From UHGV virus genome UHGV-0307961: 38,601 nt of DNA. The stretch is one strand, 5' to 3'. This document shows positions 8,347-17,035 of the stretch, one piece after another. This DNA is from a virus. The notes beneath the pieces are model-generated. The model made no database searches. It saw only the letters and a program-made list of their open reading frames with translations, and was not told the origin of the DNA. The translations under genes were made by a program, and so were the position numbers. Every line of letters starts with the position of its first letter. The first letter of the stretch is position 1.

Positions 8347-8813
8347 GCGGAGAAACACAAATCACGATCGTTGGGAACCTCACCGCTGACGCGAGCCTTG
8401 TTTTCACAAAGTCGGGAACCCCGGTGGCGAATTTCACCGTGGCGAGCACCCCGCGCCGATTCGACAAACAGACCAACGAGTGGCGCGACGGCGATCCAAT
8501 GTTCCTGACCTGCTCGGTGTGGCACCAGTACGCCACCAACGTCGCTGAATCCCTCACCAAGGGGATGCGCGTCATCGTCCAGGGCAACCTCAAGGCCCGC
8601 TCCTACGAGGACCGCGACGGCAACCGTCGCACCTCCTTCGAGATCGACGTGGCCGAGGTGGGCCCGTCGCTGAGGTTCGTCACGGCCCAGGTGGCCCGCA
8701 ACCAGCAGAGCAGCGGACGCCAGCGCGGAACCCAGCCCCAGGGAAACGGCTGGCCCCAGCAGTCCCAGCAGTCGGATCCGTGGGCTGCCCAGTCCGCCGA
8801 CGCGCCTTTCTGA
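8343..8813 (+). CDS. ssb: Single-stranded DNA-binding protein
   Basis: An OB-fold region is followed by a Gly/Gln-rich linker and a C-terminal acidic tail ...DAPF. Confidence 0.85.
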   Translation: MSGETQITIVGNLTADASLVFTKSGTPVANFTVASTPRRFDKQTNEWRDGDPMFLTCSVWHQYATNVAESLTKGMRVIVQGNLKARSYEDRDGNRRTSFEIDVAEVGPSLRFVTAQVARNQQSSGRQRGTQPQGNGWPQQSQQSDPWAAQSADAPF

Positions 8814-8823
8814 GGAGACAGCC

Positions 8824-9054
8824 ATGATGACAAACAAAGGCTCCATGTTCATCGAGGACGGCTCCGTCGCCATCACCGGCGACCAGGCCGAGGCATGCTC
8901 CCAGCTGCTGCGCGACCATGACGCCGCAGACCTCATTGACATGCTCATCGACCCGCGCCAGATCGCCCAGGACACCCCAGGGCAGCCGTATGAGCGACCA
9001 CGGCGCAACCTCCAGGTGGCCACCGCGTTTTTCCGGGCGAGGAGGGTGGCATGA
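8824..9054 (+). CDS. Hypothetical protein
   Basis: 76-aa ORF. Confidence 0.35.
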   Translation: MMTNKGSMFIEDGSVAITGDQAEACSQLLRDHDAADLIDMLIDPRQIAQDTPGQPYERPRRNLQVATAFFRARRVA

Positions 9055-9443
9055 GCGAGACCTACCGCCTCGGATGGCGCGACTGGGCTGACGGGGTATC
9101 CGAGGCGATCAAACACGCCCTCTATGCCCTCAACCACACCAGGGTGGACGCCAAGGACCCCCTCAAACGCGCCATCGAATACACAGTTTCGATGGCGCAT
9201 GCCACGAAACGCGAAACCGTCGGCGACAGGACATACGGGCTCATAGCCCAAATTATCTGGAACATCGATGCCGCTTTGGCGATCCAGATGACCCTCGACG
9301 ACGGGTACCGCGACATTGCCCCAGACGTGGACGATCGTCACGCCATGACCTCCGTCGTTCCGGCACTCCTGCGTCATGCGCTGGCCCTCCTCGATGAGTA
9401 CGCCAGCGCCATGGACAGGCATGACAAGGAGTGCTCGCGGTGA
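9051..9443 (+). CDS. Hypothetical protein
   Basis: 130-aa ORF coupled to its neighbours. Confidence 0.4.
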   Translation: MSETYRLGWRDWADGVSEAIKHALYALNHTRVDAKDPLKRAIEYTVSMAHATKRETVGDRTYGLIAQIIWNIDAALAIQMTLDDGYRDIAPDVDDRHAMTSVVPALLRHALALLDEYASAMDRHDKECSR

Positions 9444-9808
9444 CCAGCAGTTTCACCGTGCAGATTCCAGCGGAGGAGTGGATGACCTCTAATGGCCGCT
9501 ATCACTGGGCCGACCGTGCCCGCAGGACTCGCGTTCTGCGGGCCATGGCGGCAGTCCAGTGCCGCCGCCATCACATCCACGCTGACGGGCCAGTACGCGT
9601 GGTGGCTGAGATCGGCTACCGCGCTGGCCGCGCCGATCCCGCCAACGGATACCCGACCATCAAGGCCCTGATCGACGGCATGACAGATGCCGGCGTATGG
9701 CCAGATGACGACTCCGAGCACATCATCGGCCCCGACATGCGCCGCGCCGACGTGACGCCACCACGGGGCTACCACACCGTCACCATCACCCTAGAGGAGC
9801 TGTCATGA
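9431..9808 (+). CDS. rusA: RusA-like Holliday junction resolvase
   Basis: ...ADPANGYPTIKALIDGMTDAGVWPDDDSEHIIGP matches the D-x-D-N...DD acidic core of RusA. The protein is ~120 aa. Confidence 0.55.
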   Translation: MLAVTSSFTVQIPAEEWMTSNGRYHWADRARRTRVLRAMAAVQCRRHHIHADGPVRVVAEIGYRAGRADPANGYPTIKALIDGMTDAGVWPDDDSEHIIGPDMRRADVTPPRGYHTVTITLEELS

Positions 9809-10362
9809 CGCTCACCTCAGTGAAACTCACCAAGAGATCGTCACAGCTGGCGTCCCGCGACGTGAGGTGGCTACATCACCGCATCGACAGCACATTCGAG
9901 TCACACCGCACCCTGTGGACCCAGCGCACGCCGGAACACATCCTCGTCAGACACGACCGCTACCGCCCCGGCGCTGACATGTCATGGATAGCATCAGCAG
10001 GAGTCATCGACGACAAGCGCGTCAACGACGGCGACCAGGTCACACTTCGCCTCATCGCATGCCCATGCAAGAGCATCCGCACCACCGCCGGAAAGCGTGG
10101 AACTCGCACGCCGATACCCCCGGGCCGAGACCAGATCACATGGGCCTATGACCGCATTTCAGGTGCCATCGACATCGAGAACCTGACCGCGTCACCACTG
10201 CGCACCTTCTTCGGGTATAAGTCAAGCGGCATCGTCACTATTAAACGCGTCCAGTACATCGTCACTGGCCGCATCGCCAATGCCGCCGAGGTCAACCGGA
10301 TGATTGACGATGGAGTAGGGCCAGACAAGGCCTACGGCTGCGGAATGGTCGTGGTGTCATGA
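9805..10362 (+). CDS. RAMP-like protein (Cas6/Cas5-like candidate) with a C-terminal glycine-rich loop. First gene of a coupled operon.
   Basis: The C-terminal DDGVGPDKAYGCGMVVVS fits the RAMP G-rich loop GhGxxxxxGhG. The gene overlaps the next gene (ATGA). Confidence 0.3.
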   Translation: MTLTSVKLTKRSSQLASRDVRWLHHRIDSTFESHRTLWTQRTPEHILVRHDRYRPGADMSWIASAGVIDDKRVNDGDQVTLRLIACPCKSIRTTAGKRGTRTPIPPGRDQITWAYDRISGAIDIENLTASPLRTFFGYKSSGIVTIKRVQYIVTGRIANAAEVNRMIDDGVGPDKAYGCGMVVVS

Positions 10363-11078
10363 GCGATGCCACCAGACTCGTCTACGACCTCGCCGGGAAT
10401 CCGGAGATCGCCGCCGCATCCACCGCGAAACACCTGCAAAATCACCCCGGAAGGTGCGCCATATGCGGACGCCGCGAGCAGGTGACAGCCGACTTCGACA
10501 ATGCGCTGGGAAAGAACTTCTCCGACCGATCTCTGCTCGATGGTGGCACCTCAAGGGTGTGCACGGCATGCCTGTGGTGTTGCTCTGGTAAGCCACCGGC
10601 CACCCTGCGTATGTGGACCATTGTCGCTGCCGAAGGCACGGACTGCCGCACTCACGAAAAGGCATTCCTCCAGAACACGCCTGGACTGTCGCTCATCAAC
10701 CGTGGCAACCCACAGCCGCTCGTCGACATACTGTCCAACCCACCGGGCGGGCCATGGGTGGCGTCAGTGGCACTGTCTGGCCAGAAGCACGTCCTGCCAT
10801 ACGCCCGCGTCAACCATGGCCGTACCTGGGTAGTTCGCGTCGAGGACACCCAGGTGTCCGCAACCTCTGACGAATGGATGGCAGTTCACGAAGCTGCCGT
10901 GGAGCTGAGACGCATGGGCGTACCGGCGGACGCCGTCCGTGAAGGCCGACCGGCATTCATCAAAACCGCAGATCAGCTCACCCTATGGCGCGACATCGAA
11001 TCCCGTCTCGCCGGATGGCACCGTTCCCCCCTACTCGACCTTGCACTATGGACCATTACGAAAGGAACCATGTCATGA
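10359..11078 (+). CDS. Zinc-finger protein, Csf1/Cas8-like large-subunit candidate
   Basis: CAICGRR...(35 aa)...CTACLWCCSG Cys cluster. 239 aa. The position upstream of a small helical protein and two RAMPs matches type IV loci. Confidence 0.3.
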   Translation: MSDATRLVYDLAGNPEIAAASTAKHLQNHPGRCAICGRREQVTADFDNALGKNFSDRSLLDGGTSRVCTACLWCCSGKPPATLRMWTIVAAEGTDCRTHEKAFLQNTPGLSLINRGNPQPLVDILSNPPGGPWVASVALSGQKHVLPYARVNHGRTWVVRVEDTQVSATSDEWMAVHEAAVELRRMGVPADAVREGRPAFIKTADQLTLWRDIESRLAGWHRSPLLDLALWTITKGTMS

Positions 11079-11476
11079 CCACACCCACATCAGAGGAGCT
11101 CGACGCCATCACCGTCGACCTCATCTTCGCGCTGCGCTCCAGTCTCACGGAGGTGTCACTCATCGACTTCTGGGCAGGCCGTGTCACTGCGGCCATCACC
11201 ACAGCTGCAGCCGGATCAGAGGATGCCGGCCAGGCGATTACGACAGCCTTCCGCAAACTCCAGATCGAGTCGCCTTCCACTAAGTGCGCCGACGACATCA
11301 AGCGCATTGGCCAGGCCATCGACTCCGACTATCAGGCGTGGGCATCGCACGTAAATCGCAACATCGTCTACATCGTTGCCCTGGCCATGACCGAGCGCGA
11401 GAAGCGCAAAACCACCAAGAAAACAACAAAGGCCGCCACGCAAACCGCATCTTTGACCGAGGAGATTCCGTTCTGA
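11075..11476 (+). CDS. Small protein predicted to be alpha-helical, Cas11-like small-subunit candidate
   Basis: 133 aa, rich in Ala/Leu/Ile, with a Lys/Thr-rich tail. It overlaps both neighbours (ATGA and TGATG). Confidence 0.25.
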   Translation: MTTPTSEELDAITVDLIFALRSSLTEVSLIDFWAGRVTAAITTAAAGSEDAGQAITTAFRKLQIESPSTKCADDIKRIGQAIDSDYQAWASHVNRNIVYIVALAMTEREKRKTTKKTTKAATQTASLTEEIPF

Positions 11477-12366
11477 TGAGCACCACCGTCGCCACTATGC
11501 ACCCCCAGTACCAGTACGTCGCCACACTCACATCGCCGTTCGCCCATGGCGCTGGATCATCGGGAAACACCCGCCTGCTGCGCACCCACGAAGTGGTGCA
11601 GCCAGACGACACGACAATTCAGGTTCCGTTCCTGTCGGGAGCATCCATCCGTCATGGCATCCGAAACGCCCTGGCGTGGCGGATCGCCTCCACCTGCTGT
11701 GAGCCTGGCACGATGACGAAGGCCCAGGTCGACCTCCTATGGTCCGGCGGAGCCATCTCATCCACCGGGGCTCAGGTGGACCTCGAGCTACAACGGCGCG
11801 TATCCGAACTTCTCCCCGCACTGTCGGTGCTCGGCTATGCCGCACACTCTGATATCCACGAGGGCACCGCACGCGTCTCGGACGCTATCCTCGTGTGCGC
11901 CGAGAACGCTTTCAGGCTACCAAGCGATGTGGCGCAAGCCAGGCCGCGACGAGCTGGCGCATACCGTGGCGAGGAATTCGGAACCAGGCACGACACCGCA
12001 TCCACACAGCAGGCCAGGATGATCGCCCAACCCGACACGCTCGACGGCGGTTCAATTTCGTCAACCCAAATGATCTTTGACACTCAAGTCCTTCTTGCTG
12101 GCTCGCAGCTGTACGGAACCATTTCCTTGACCCCCGCCGCCACCGAAGAACAGAGGGCTTCCATTCTCGCTGGAATCGGATTGTGGGCACATGATGGAGT
12201 GGCATATCTCGGAGCATCAACGAATACCGGATATGGTGCAGCATTGATCGACTGGCGCGGAACCCTGGACGCCGCCGAGGTCGATAGTGCAATAGGAGCC
12301 CTCGACACACACCTGCATGGCCACTCATCCGACATCAGGGAGCTACTCGCCGAGGTTGCACGATGA
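11476..12366 (+). CDS. Cas7 (Csf2)-like RAMP protein
   Basis: QVPFLSGASIRHGIRNALAW resembles the Cas7 IPGSSIKGxLR element. LLWSGG resembles the LFG element. The C-terminal LGASTNTGYGAAL is a G-rich loop. GAGGAG RBS. 296 aa. Confidence 0.45.
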   Translation: MSTTVATMHPQYQYVATLTSPFAHGAGSSGNTRLLRTHEVVQPDDTTIQVPFLSGASIRHGIRNALAWRIASTCCEPGTMTKAQVDLLWSGGAISSTGAQVDLELQRRVSELLPALSVLGYAAHSDIHEGTARVSDAILVCAENAFRLPSDVAQARPRRAGAYRGEEFGTRHDTASTQQARMIAQPDTLDGGSISSTQMIFDTQVLLAGSQLYGTISLTPAATEEQRASILAGIGLWAHDGVAYLGASTNTGYGAALIDWRGTLDAAEVDSAIGALDTHLHGHSSDIRELLAEVAR

Positions 12367-12947
12367 GGGTCACTGCGCACGTCGACTCTCCTGTCGTCGG
12401 CATCGACGCATGGGCGACACCACTCGATGGCCCCCTGTCGTGGGCGTATGCCATGCGCGCCCACGACAGGGGGGAGCAGATCCCCCCACCACCCACCGCG
12501 TCCACCGAAGCGGCAGACTTCCCGCTCCCGTTGGAGCGGTGGGAGCGGGACGGATGGTGGGGGTGGAGGTCGTCACGCGCCCACGTTGACGCCCCAACAC
12601 ACACTGCTGTGGAGGTGCGCCGCAAGCCCGCCACGGCTCCCATGTCCCTGTGGACGAGCGATGCCAAACATCACACCGGCCTCGGCCCTATGAAGGCCCG
12701 CAATGTCACCCGAGCAGCCATCGTGGCACGCACCATCTGGTGGGACGTCGAGGCCACTGACGCAGACGACCTCTCCAACCTGCTGACGTTCATCACCCAT
12801 GTGGGCGCACGTCACAACGCCGGGTGTGGGCACGTGTCCCACTGGGCCATCGACGACATCGACGGCGACTGGACCGACCGCGACTGGCCACCATCAGCCG
12901 CATGCCGCGCCCCCTACTGGCACCCATCGCGCAGGAGGAAATCATGA
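12363..12947 (+). CDS. Cas5 (Csf3)-like RAMP protein
   Basis: G-rich loop HVGARHNAGCGHV. N-terminal PLDGPLSWAYAMRAH. 194 aa. Coupled to both neighbours. Confidence 0.35.
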   Translation: MRVTAHVDSPVVGIDAWATPLDGPLSWAYAMRAHDRGEQIPPPPTASTEAADFPLPLERWERDGWWGWRSSRAHVDAPTHTAVEVRRKPATAPMSLWTSDAKHHTGLGPMKARNVTRAAIVARTIWWDVEATDADDLSNLLTFITHVGARHNAGCGHVSHWAIDDIDGDWTDRDWPPSAACRAPYWHPSRRRKS

Positions 12948-13180
12948 CCGACGACGACATTCTCGAGGCCGTGTGGCAGTGGCTCCCGCCCAGGCCGGAC
13001 AGGAGACGCGCCATCACGGTCGGTATAGCCGCCGCCGACCTCAGCCTTCCGGCACGCGCTGTATCAGATGCCCTGGCAGAACTGCGGTCCAGGGGTCGCA
13101 TCGAGTACTCGCATCGAGGGCAGCCATACCGGTCCATGGAGATAGGGGGTGTGCCATGCTCATCGACTCGCCGAGGCTAA
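12944..13180 (+). CDS. Small winged-helix-like DNA-binding protein
   Basis: AGGAGG RBS then ATG at 12944. ITVGIAAADLSLPARAVSDALAELRSRGRIEY is a wHTH-like segment. Confidence 0.4.
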   Translation: MTDDDILEAVWQWLPPRPDRRRAITVGIAAADLSLPARAVSDALAELRSRGRIEYSHRGQPYRSMEIGGVPCSSTRRG

Positions 13181-13893
13181 CCGATGCGGACAGGCGCACC
13201 TGGTCTGACCTGGAGCGCTACGACCGCGCCCTGGCCGCTGACCCAAGATGGCCATCCAGGGAGAAGCGCGCCCACGACATCATCCGCCGCTTCGCCCAGG
13301 ATGGCGCGTGTTACGCCTCCACCTCCTGGGGCAAGGACTCCACTGTCGTCGCCCATCTCGTCGCCACCAGCGGTGTCACCCTGCCACTGGTGTACGTGCG
13401 CATGCGCCGATGGGAAAGCCCCGAGTGCCTCACCGTCCGCGACGCGTTCCTCGAACGGTGGGGTGACTATGTCGACTACCACGAGTACTGGGTCGATGGC
13501 GGTCCGCGATGGTGGGACGACATCGAGCTACAGGACCGCAAGGGGTCGCACGCAAAGGGGCAGTTCACTGGCCCGGAAGTCGACTTTGGCTCGCGTCACA
13601 TCACCGGCGTGAGAGGCGAGGAGTCCGCCATGCGCGACATGGTCATCGCACGGTGGGGTGAGGCTGGGCCTGGCGCGTGCAGGCCCATCGGCAGGTGGAC
13701 CGCCGTAGATGTGTTCGCCTACCTATGCCGCCACAACCTGCCAGTGCATCCCGCCTACGCCATGAGCTGCGGTGGGCACTACGACCGTCGCTGGTTGCGC
13801 GTCTCCCCCATTGGGGGCATCACACAGGCACACAAGGGCCGCTCGGGATGGGAGCAGACCTACTACCCAGACATCACCGGGAGGAAGGCATGA
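13156..13893 (+). CDS. PAPS-reductase-family (CysH-like) PP-loop protein
   Basis: SWGKDSTVVAHL is a variant PP-loop (canonical SGGKDS). Downstream ITGVRGEESAMR. GGAGATAGGGGG RBS before the ATG at 13156. Confidence 0.6.
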   Translation: MLIDSPRLTDADRRTWSDLERYDRALAADPRWPSREKRAHDIIRRFAQDGACYASTSWGKDSTVVAHLVATSGVTLPLVYVRMRRWESPECLTVRDAFLERWGDYVDYHEYWVDGGPRWWDDIELQDRKGSHAKGQFTGPEVDFGSRHITGVRGEESAMRDMVIARWGEAGPGACRPIGRWTAVDVFAYLCRHNLPVHPAYAMSCGGHYDRRWLRVSPIGGITQAHKGRSGWEQTYYPDITGRKA

Positions 13894-14813
13894 GGATACG
13901 CACGATCAAGCCGGAGTTCTGGCGCTCGGACGACATTGCCGCACTCGATTACTTTGACCGGTTGCTCTTCATCGGCCTGTGGTCCTATGTCGATGACAAC
14001 GGGGTCGGACGTGATGAGGAGAGGATCATCGCGGCAGATCTTTTCGCCCTTGACGACGACCCTCGCGAGAGTGTCGCGAGGGTGTCGCGAGGGTTGCAGC
14101 ATCTTTCTGACGCGGGTCTCGTGGACCGCTACACCGTCGACGAACGTGACTTTCTTCACATCACAAAATGGGAGAGGCACCAGAAGGTCGACCGCCCCGG
14201 AAAGGCGCGATACCCCATGCCGAAAGACGGCGTGACTAGGCAAAACAGAAACCCTCGCGACACTCTCGCGAGAGAGGCGCGAGGGTCTCGCGACACCCTC
14301 GCGCCTGGAACAGGGGAACAGGGGAACAGGGGAACAGGAACCCCCTCACTTCGTTCGGGGGGTGCGGGGGGTGACGTTCCCGACGTCGCCGGTTCCCATG
14401 TCGTCGCTGACGCGCCGACCGCCCCAGCGAAGGCGAAGCCGAAGCACAAGGCGATCGGCACCCGACTGCCCGACGGCTGGTTCCCCAGCCGCACCCCCGG
14501 CAACGAGAACGCCGAGGCAGGACACGACCAGGCATGGCTGCAACGCGAGCTCGACAGGTTCCGCGACTACTGGGCCGCTCAGCCGGGCCAGCGTGGCCGC
14601 AAGGCCGACTGGGACGCGACCTGGCGCAACTGGGTCCGCAAGGCCGACGACATGGGCGAGGCGCGCCCTCGCAGCAGATCGGCGACCGGCCTCTCGGACG
14701 ACGAGTGGCAGGACGCCTACCGACGTGCCGTCGCCCGAGACGCCGCATCTGCAGACGACACCAACTCCAGCAATGCCCCTCAGGCGCTCTCCCTGCTGCC
14801 TAGGAGCGCCTAA
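13890..14813 (+). CDS. Putative replication initiator / replisome-organizer protein, with the origin iterons inside its coding sequence
   Basis: The N-terminal domain IKPEFWRSDDIAALDYFDRLLFIGLWSYVDDNGV...LSDAGLVDRY...ITKWERHQKV resembles a phage replisome-organizer/DnaD-like N-terminal domain. Internal direct and inverted GTGTCGCGAG repeats. GGGAGGAAGG RBS. Confidence 0.45.
   Translation: MRIRTIKPEFWRSDDIAALDYFDRLLFIGLWSYVDDNGVGRDEERIIAADLFALDDDPRESVARVSRGLQHLSDAGLVDRYTVDERDFLHITKWERHQKVDRPGKARYPMPKDGVTRQNRNPRDTLAREARGSRDTLAPGTGEQGNRGTGTPSLRSGGAGGDVPDVAGSHVVADAPTAPAKAKPKHKAIGTRLPDGWFPSRTPGNENAEAGHDQAWLQRELDRFRDYWAAQPGQRGRKADWDATWRNWVRKADDMGEARPRSRSATGLSDDEWQDAYRRAVARDAASADDTNSSNAPQALSLLPRSA
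14062..14338. repeat. Candidate origin of replication iterons inside the initiator gene
   Basis: GTGTCGCGAG(G) occurs as direct copies at 14071-14081 and 14082-14092. Inverted copies CTCGCGACAC are at 14254-14263 and 14287-14296. Palindromic CTCGCGAG cores are present, plus a four-fold tandem GGAACAGG at 14307-14338. Confidence 0.5.
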
Positions 14814-14910
14814 CAGGTGCGGGGCTAGGTATTTGTACCCCCGACACCTGAAAGGCCGTCAGATTCACGCGGTAATTCCACAAACACCCATCACGGAAGG
14901 AACCACGACC

Positions 14911-15177
14911 ATGAACTTCACTTGCCCTGCCTGCCATGACCAGATGCACGGATCACGCACCGAGCACTGCCGCGTCTGCCATCAAACGTTCGCCAGCACG
15001 ACAGCCGGAGACATGCACCGGAAAGGCGACTACGGCGTCACAGCTGGCCCAAACCGCCGCCGCTGCCTCACCGCCGACGAGATGATCGCCAAAGGCATGG
15101 CTCGCAATGCTGACGGCTACTGGACGAGCGGAATAACCATGAGCGCCGAGGCCATCGCAGCACGACAGGCCAGGTGA
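14911..15177 (+). CDS. Small zinc-ribbon protein
   Basis: CPACHD...(11)...CRVCH. GGAAGGAA RBS. Confidence 0.45.
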   Translation: MNFTCPACHDQMHGSRTEHCRVCHQTFASTTAGDMHRKGDYGVTAGPNRRRCLTADEMIAKGMARNADGYWTSGITMSAEAIAARQAR

Positions 15178-15181
15178 TCGC

Positions 15182-15607
15182 ATGAACCACGTCGAGACCG
15201 TCCAGCTCACCTACACCCTCCAGGCCATCTGCCCCGCCCAGAAGATCGACAGATACACACCAGACGCCTGGCAGCCCATCCTCGCCGACATCAGCTACGA
15301 CGACGCCATGGCCGCCATCACAGCCATCGCCCGCAACCACGACTCCAGGCCGCTATTCATCGACCCCCGACAAATCCTCAACCAGGCACGCAAAACAAAA
15401 GCCGACACCTACGAACGAAACCCACCACAAACGCCACCACCAACAGACCCGCAACAATATCTACAATGGGCACGCAGCGGAGGCCGAGAAATAGCACGCA
15501 ACAATGACGATGTACCGGCTATAGAATCCGATATACTATCCCCAGAAAAGTCGCACAAATACCGGGAAGAGATACGAAAAATGCTCACCCAATCGCGGAT
15601 GGCATGA
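15182..15607 (+). CDS. Hypothetical protein
   Basis: 141-aa ORF. Its 3' third is lower in GC. Confidence 0.4.
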   Translation: MNHVETVQLTYTLQAICPAQKIDRYTPDAWQPILADISYDDAMAAITAIARNHDSRPLFIDPRQILNQARKTKADTYERNPPQTPPPTDPQQYLQWARSGGREIARNNDDVPAIESDILSPEKSHKYREEIRKMLTQSRMA

Positions 15608-15621
15608 GAGGAGGCGAACCC

Positions 15622-16200
15622 ATGGCGAAAACGACACCCCCCAAACAAGGTCACTCTTCGACAACCCCCCATGCCAACCGCTGCGGAGCGAAAACACGCA
15701 GCGGAAAACCCTGCAAACAACGCCCCATCAAAGGCGGGAAACGCTGCCGCATGCACGGCGGTTCAGAGCCTCACGCTCGACGCGCCGCCTCTGCGAACGT
15801 CCTCGAAGCCAAGGTCCGGGGGCAACTCACCCGCATGGATGTCACCCCCGCCGACAACCCAACCCAACAACTCGCCCGCATCGTTGGAGAACAGGTCGCG
15901 TTCCTTGACCTCGCCCGCGCCAAACTCGCCGAGGTCACCGACTCATGGACCCGAGCCAACCCCATCACCGGAGCCGAAGAAGTCCGGGCCGCCGTCACCG
16001 TCTACGAGCGCGCCCTCGACCGCGCCCACAAAGGACTCGCAGACATGGTCCGCCTCGGCATCCAAGACCGCATCGCCGCCGCCAACCAACTCACCGCACA
16101 AACCTATGCGGCAGCCCTCGCCCACATGATCCACCTAGCCCGCACCACAGACGACCCACCAGAGCAGATCATCCTCGCAGCCATCGGAGAGGACCAGTGA
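15622..16200 (+). CDS. Possible terminase small subunit, or a DNA-binding protein, with an N-terminal Cys/His cluster
   Basis: [28 protein letters not shown] followed by a helical region. GAGGAGG RBS. It lies two genes upstream of terL. Confidence 0.3.
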   Translation: MAKTTPPKQGHSSTTPHANRCGAKTRSGKPCKQRPIKGGKRCRMHGGSEPHARRAASANVLEAKVRGQLTRMDVTPADNPTQQLARIVGEQVAFLDLARAKLAEVTDSWTRANPITGAEEVRAAVTVYERALDRAHKGLADMVRLGIQDRIAAANQLTAQTYAAALAHMIHLARTTDDPPEQIILAAIGEDQ

Positions 16201-16976
16201 CCAGACCCCTCGCATGGATCCCCGCCACCGACCCACTCGGTCGCATCCAGCAGATGCCCAACCTCGTCGCCGAACTGCACTCCCTCGACGGCACCCGCAA
16301 CCCTGACGGCGAGTCCACCCGCACCCGCCACGTGCCAGGATCACGCCCACCCCTGGACGTGTCGCGCCTCGACATCCTGCCCTCCCCGGGATGGGAGCCG
16401 CCCATGCTGCGCGCCCTCGCCGGAGAGGCCTCCAGGGTCATCTGGGAGGCCATCGACCCAGACACCCGCGCCGCACACCCCCAACCGTGCGGCCTGACCT
16501 GGGCCACCGAGTGCGCCTGGCTGGCAGGCGTGTGGGCCGACTCACGGGCCTGGCTCGACGACTGCGACATGGCCATGGTCGATGACACCATTAGCGCCAC
16601 ATACGCCCGCCTGGCCCGCGCCGTAGGCCTCAAGCCGCCCCGCGCCATCGCCTGCCCGGCATGCGGGGCTCCCTGCGAGATCGACGGCTCCGTCCTCGCC
16701 TGCACGGCCACCCGCTGGCAGCCCGAGGGCCAACGCCACGAATACCCAGGGCCAGCAGCCATGGAAAAGCGATGGCGATTCGCCCCACCCATGACCGCAG
16801 CCGAGCTGGCCGCAGAACTCCCTGTCCAGCGCAAACGCCTCAACCAATGGCACCGGCGCGGCCACATCAAACCGGCGCCGCACACCACCCCGCCACGGTT
16901 CTACCCGTGGGATGTCATCGCCCGACTCTGGCCCGACATCACGGAAGCCATCGAGGACAGAGACAAAGCCGCGTAG
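16197..16976 (+). CDS. Hypothetical protein with a zinc-ribbon and a C-terminal HTH-like segment. Alternative TerS candidate.
   Basis: [46 protein letters not shown]. The GTG start at 16197 overlaps the upstream stop (GTGA). An alternative ATG start is at 16254. Confidence 0.35.
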   Translation: MTRPLAWIPATDPLGRIQQMPNLVAELHSLDGTRNPDGESTRTRHVPGSRPPLDVSRLDILPSPGWEPPMLRALAGEASRVIWEAIDPDTRAAHPQPCGLTWATECAWLAGVWADSRAWLDDCDMAMVDDTISATYARLARAVGLKPPRAIACPACGAPCEIDGSVLACTATRWQPEGQRHEYPGPAAMEKRWRFAPPMTAAELAAELPVQRKRLNQWHRRGHIKPAPHTTPPRFYPWDVIARLWPDITEAIEDRDKAA

Positions 16977-17035
16977 CGCATGGTATGGTGACGATCAGCG
17001 GGGCCTGTGCGCCCAAAACCGAACAAGGAGGCGCA

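Noticed and set aside
8265-9422. 385-aa minus-strand ORF overlapping ssb and the downstream genes
   Set aside because: It is antisense to well-supported plus-strand genes (SSB with the DAPF tail). Its composition is Gly/Ala/Val/Arg-rich, typical of GC-rich antisense frames, and it has no RBS.
14040-14340. Short tandem and inverted repeats that could be mistaken for a CRISPR array
   Set aside because: The units are 8-11 bp with no spacers of 25-40 bp and lie inside a coding sequence. They are better explained as origin iterons. No CRISPR array was found anywhere in the window.
16169-16888. 239-aa minus-strand ORF opposite the 16197-16976 gene
   Set aside because: It is antisense in a unidirectional plus-strand operon and is Arg/Ser/Ala-rich low complexity.
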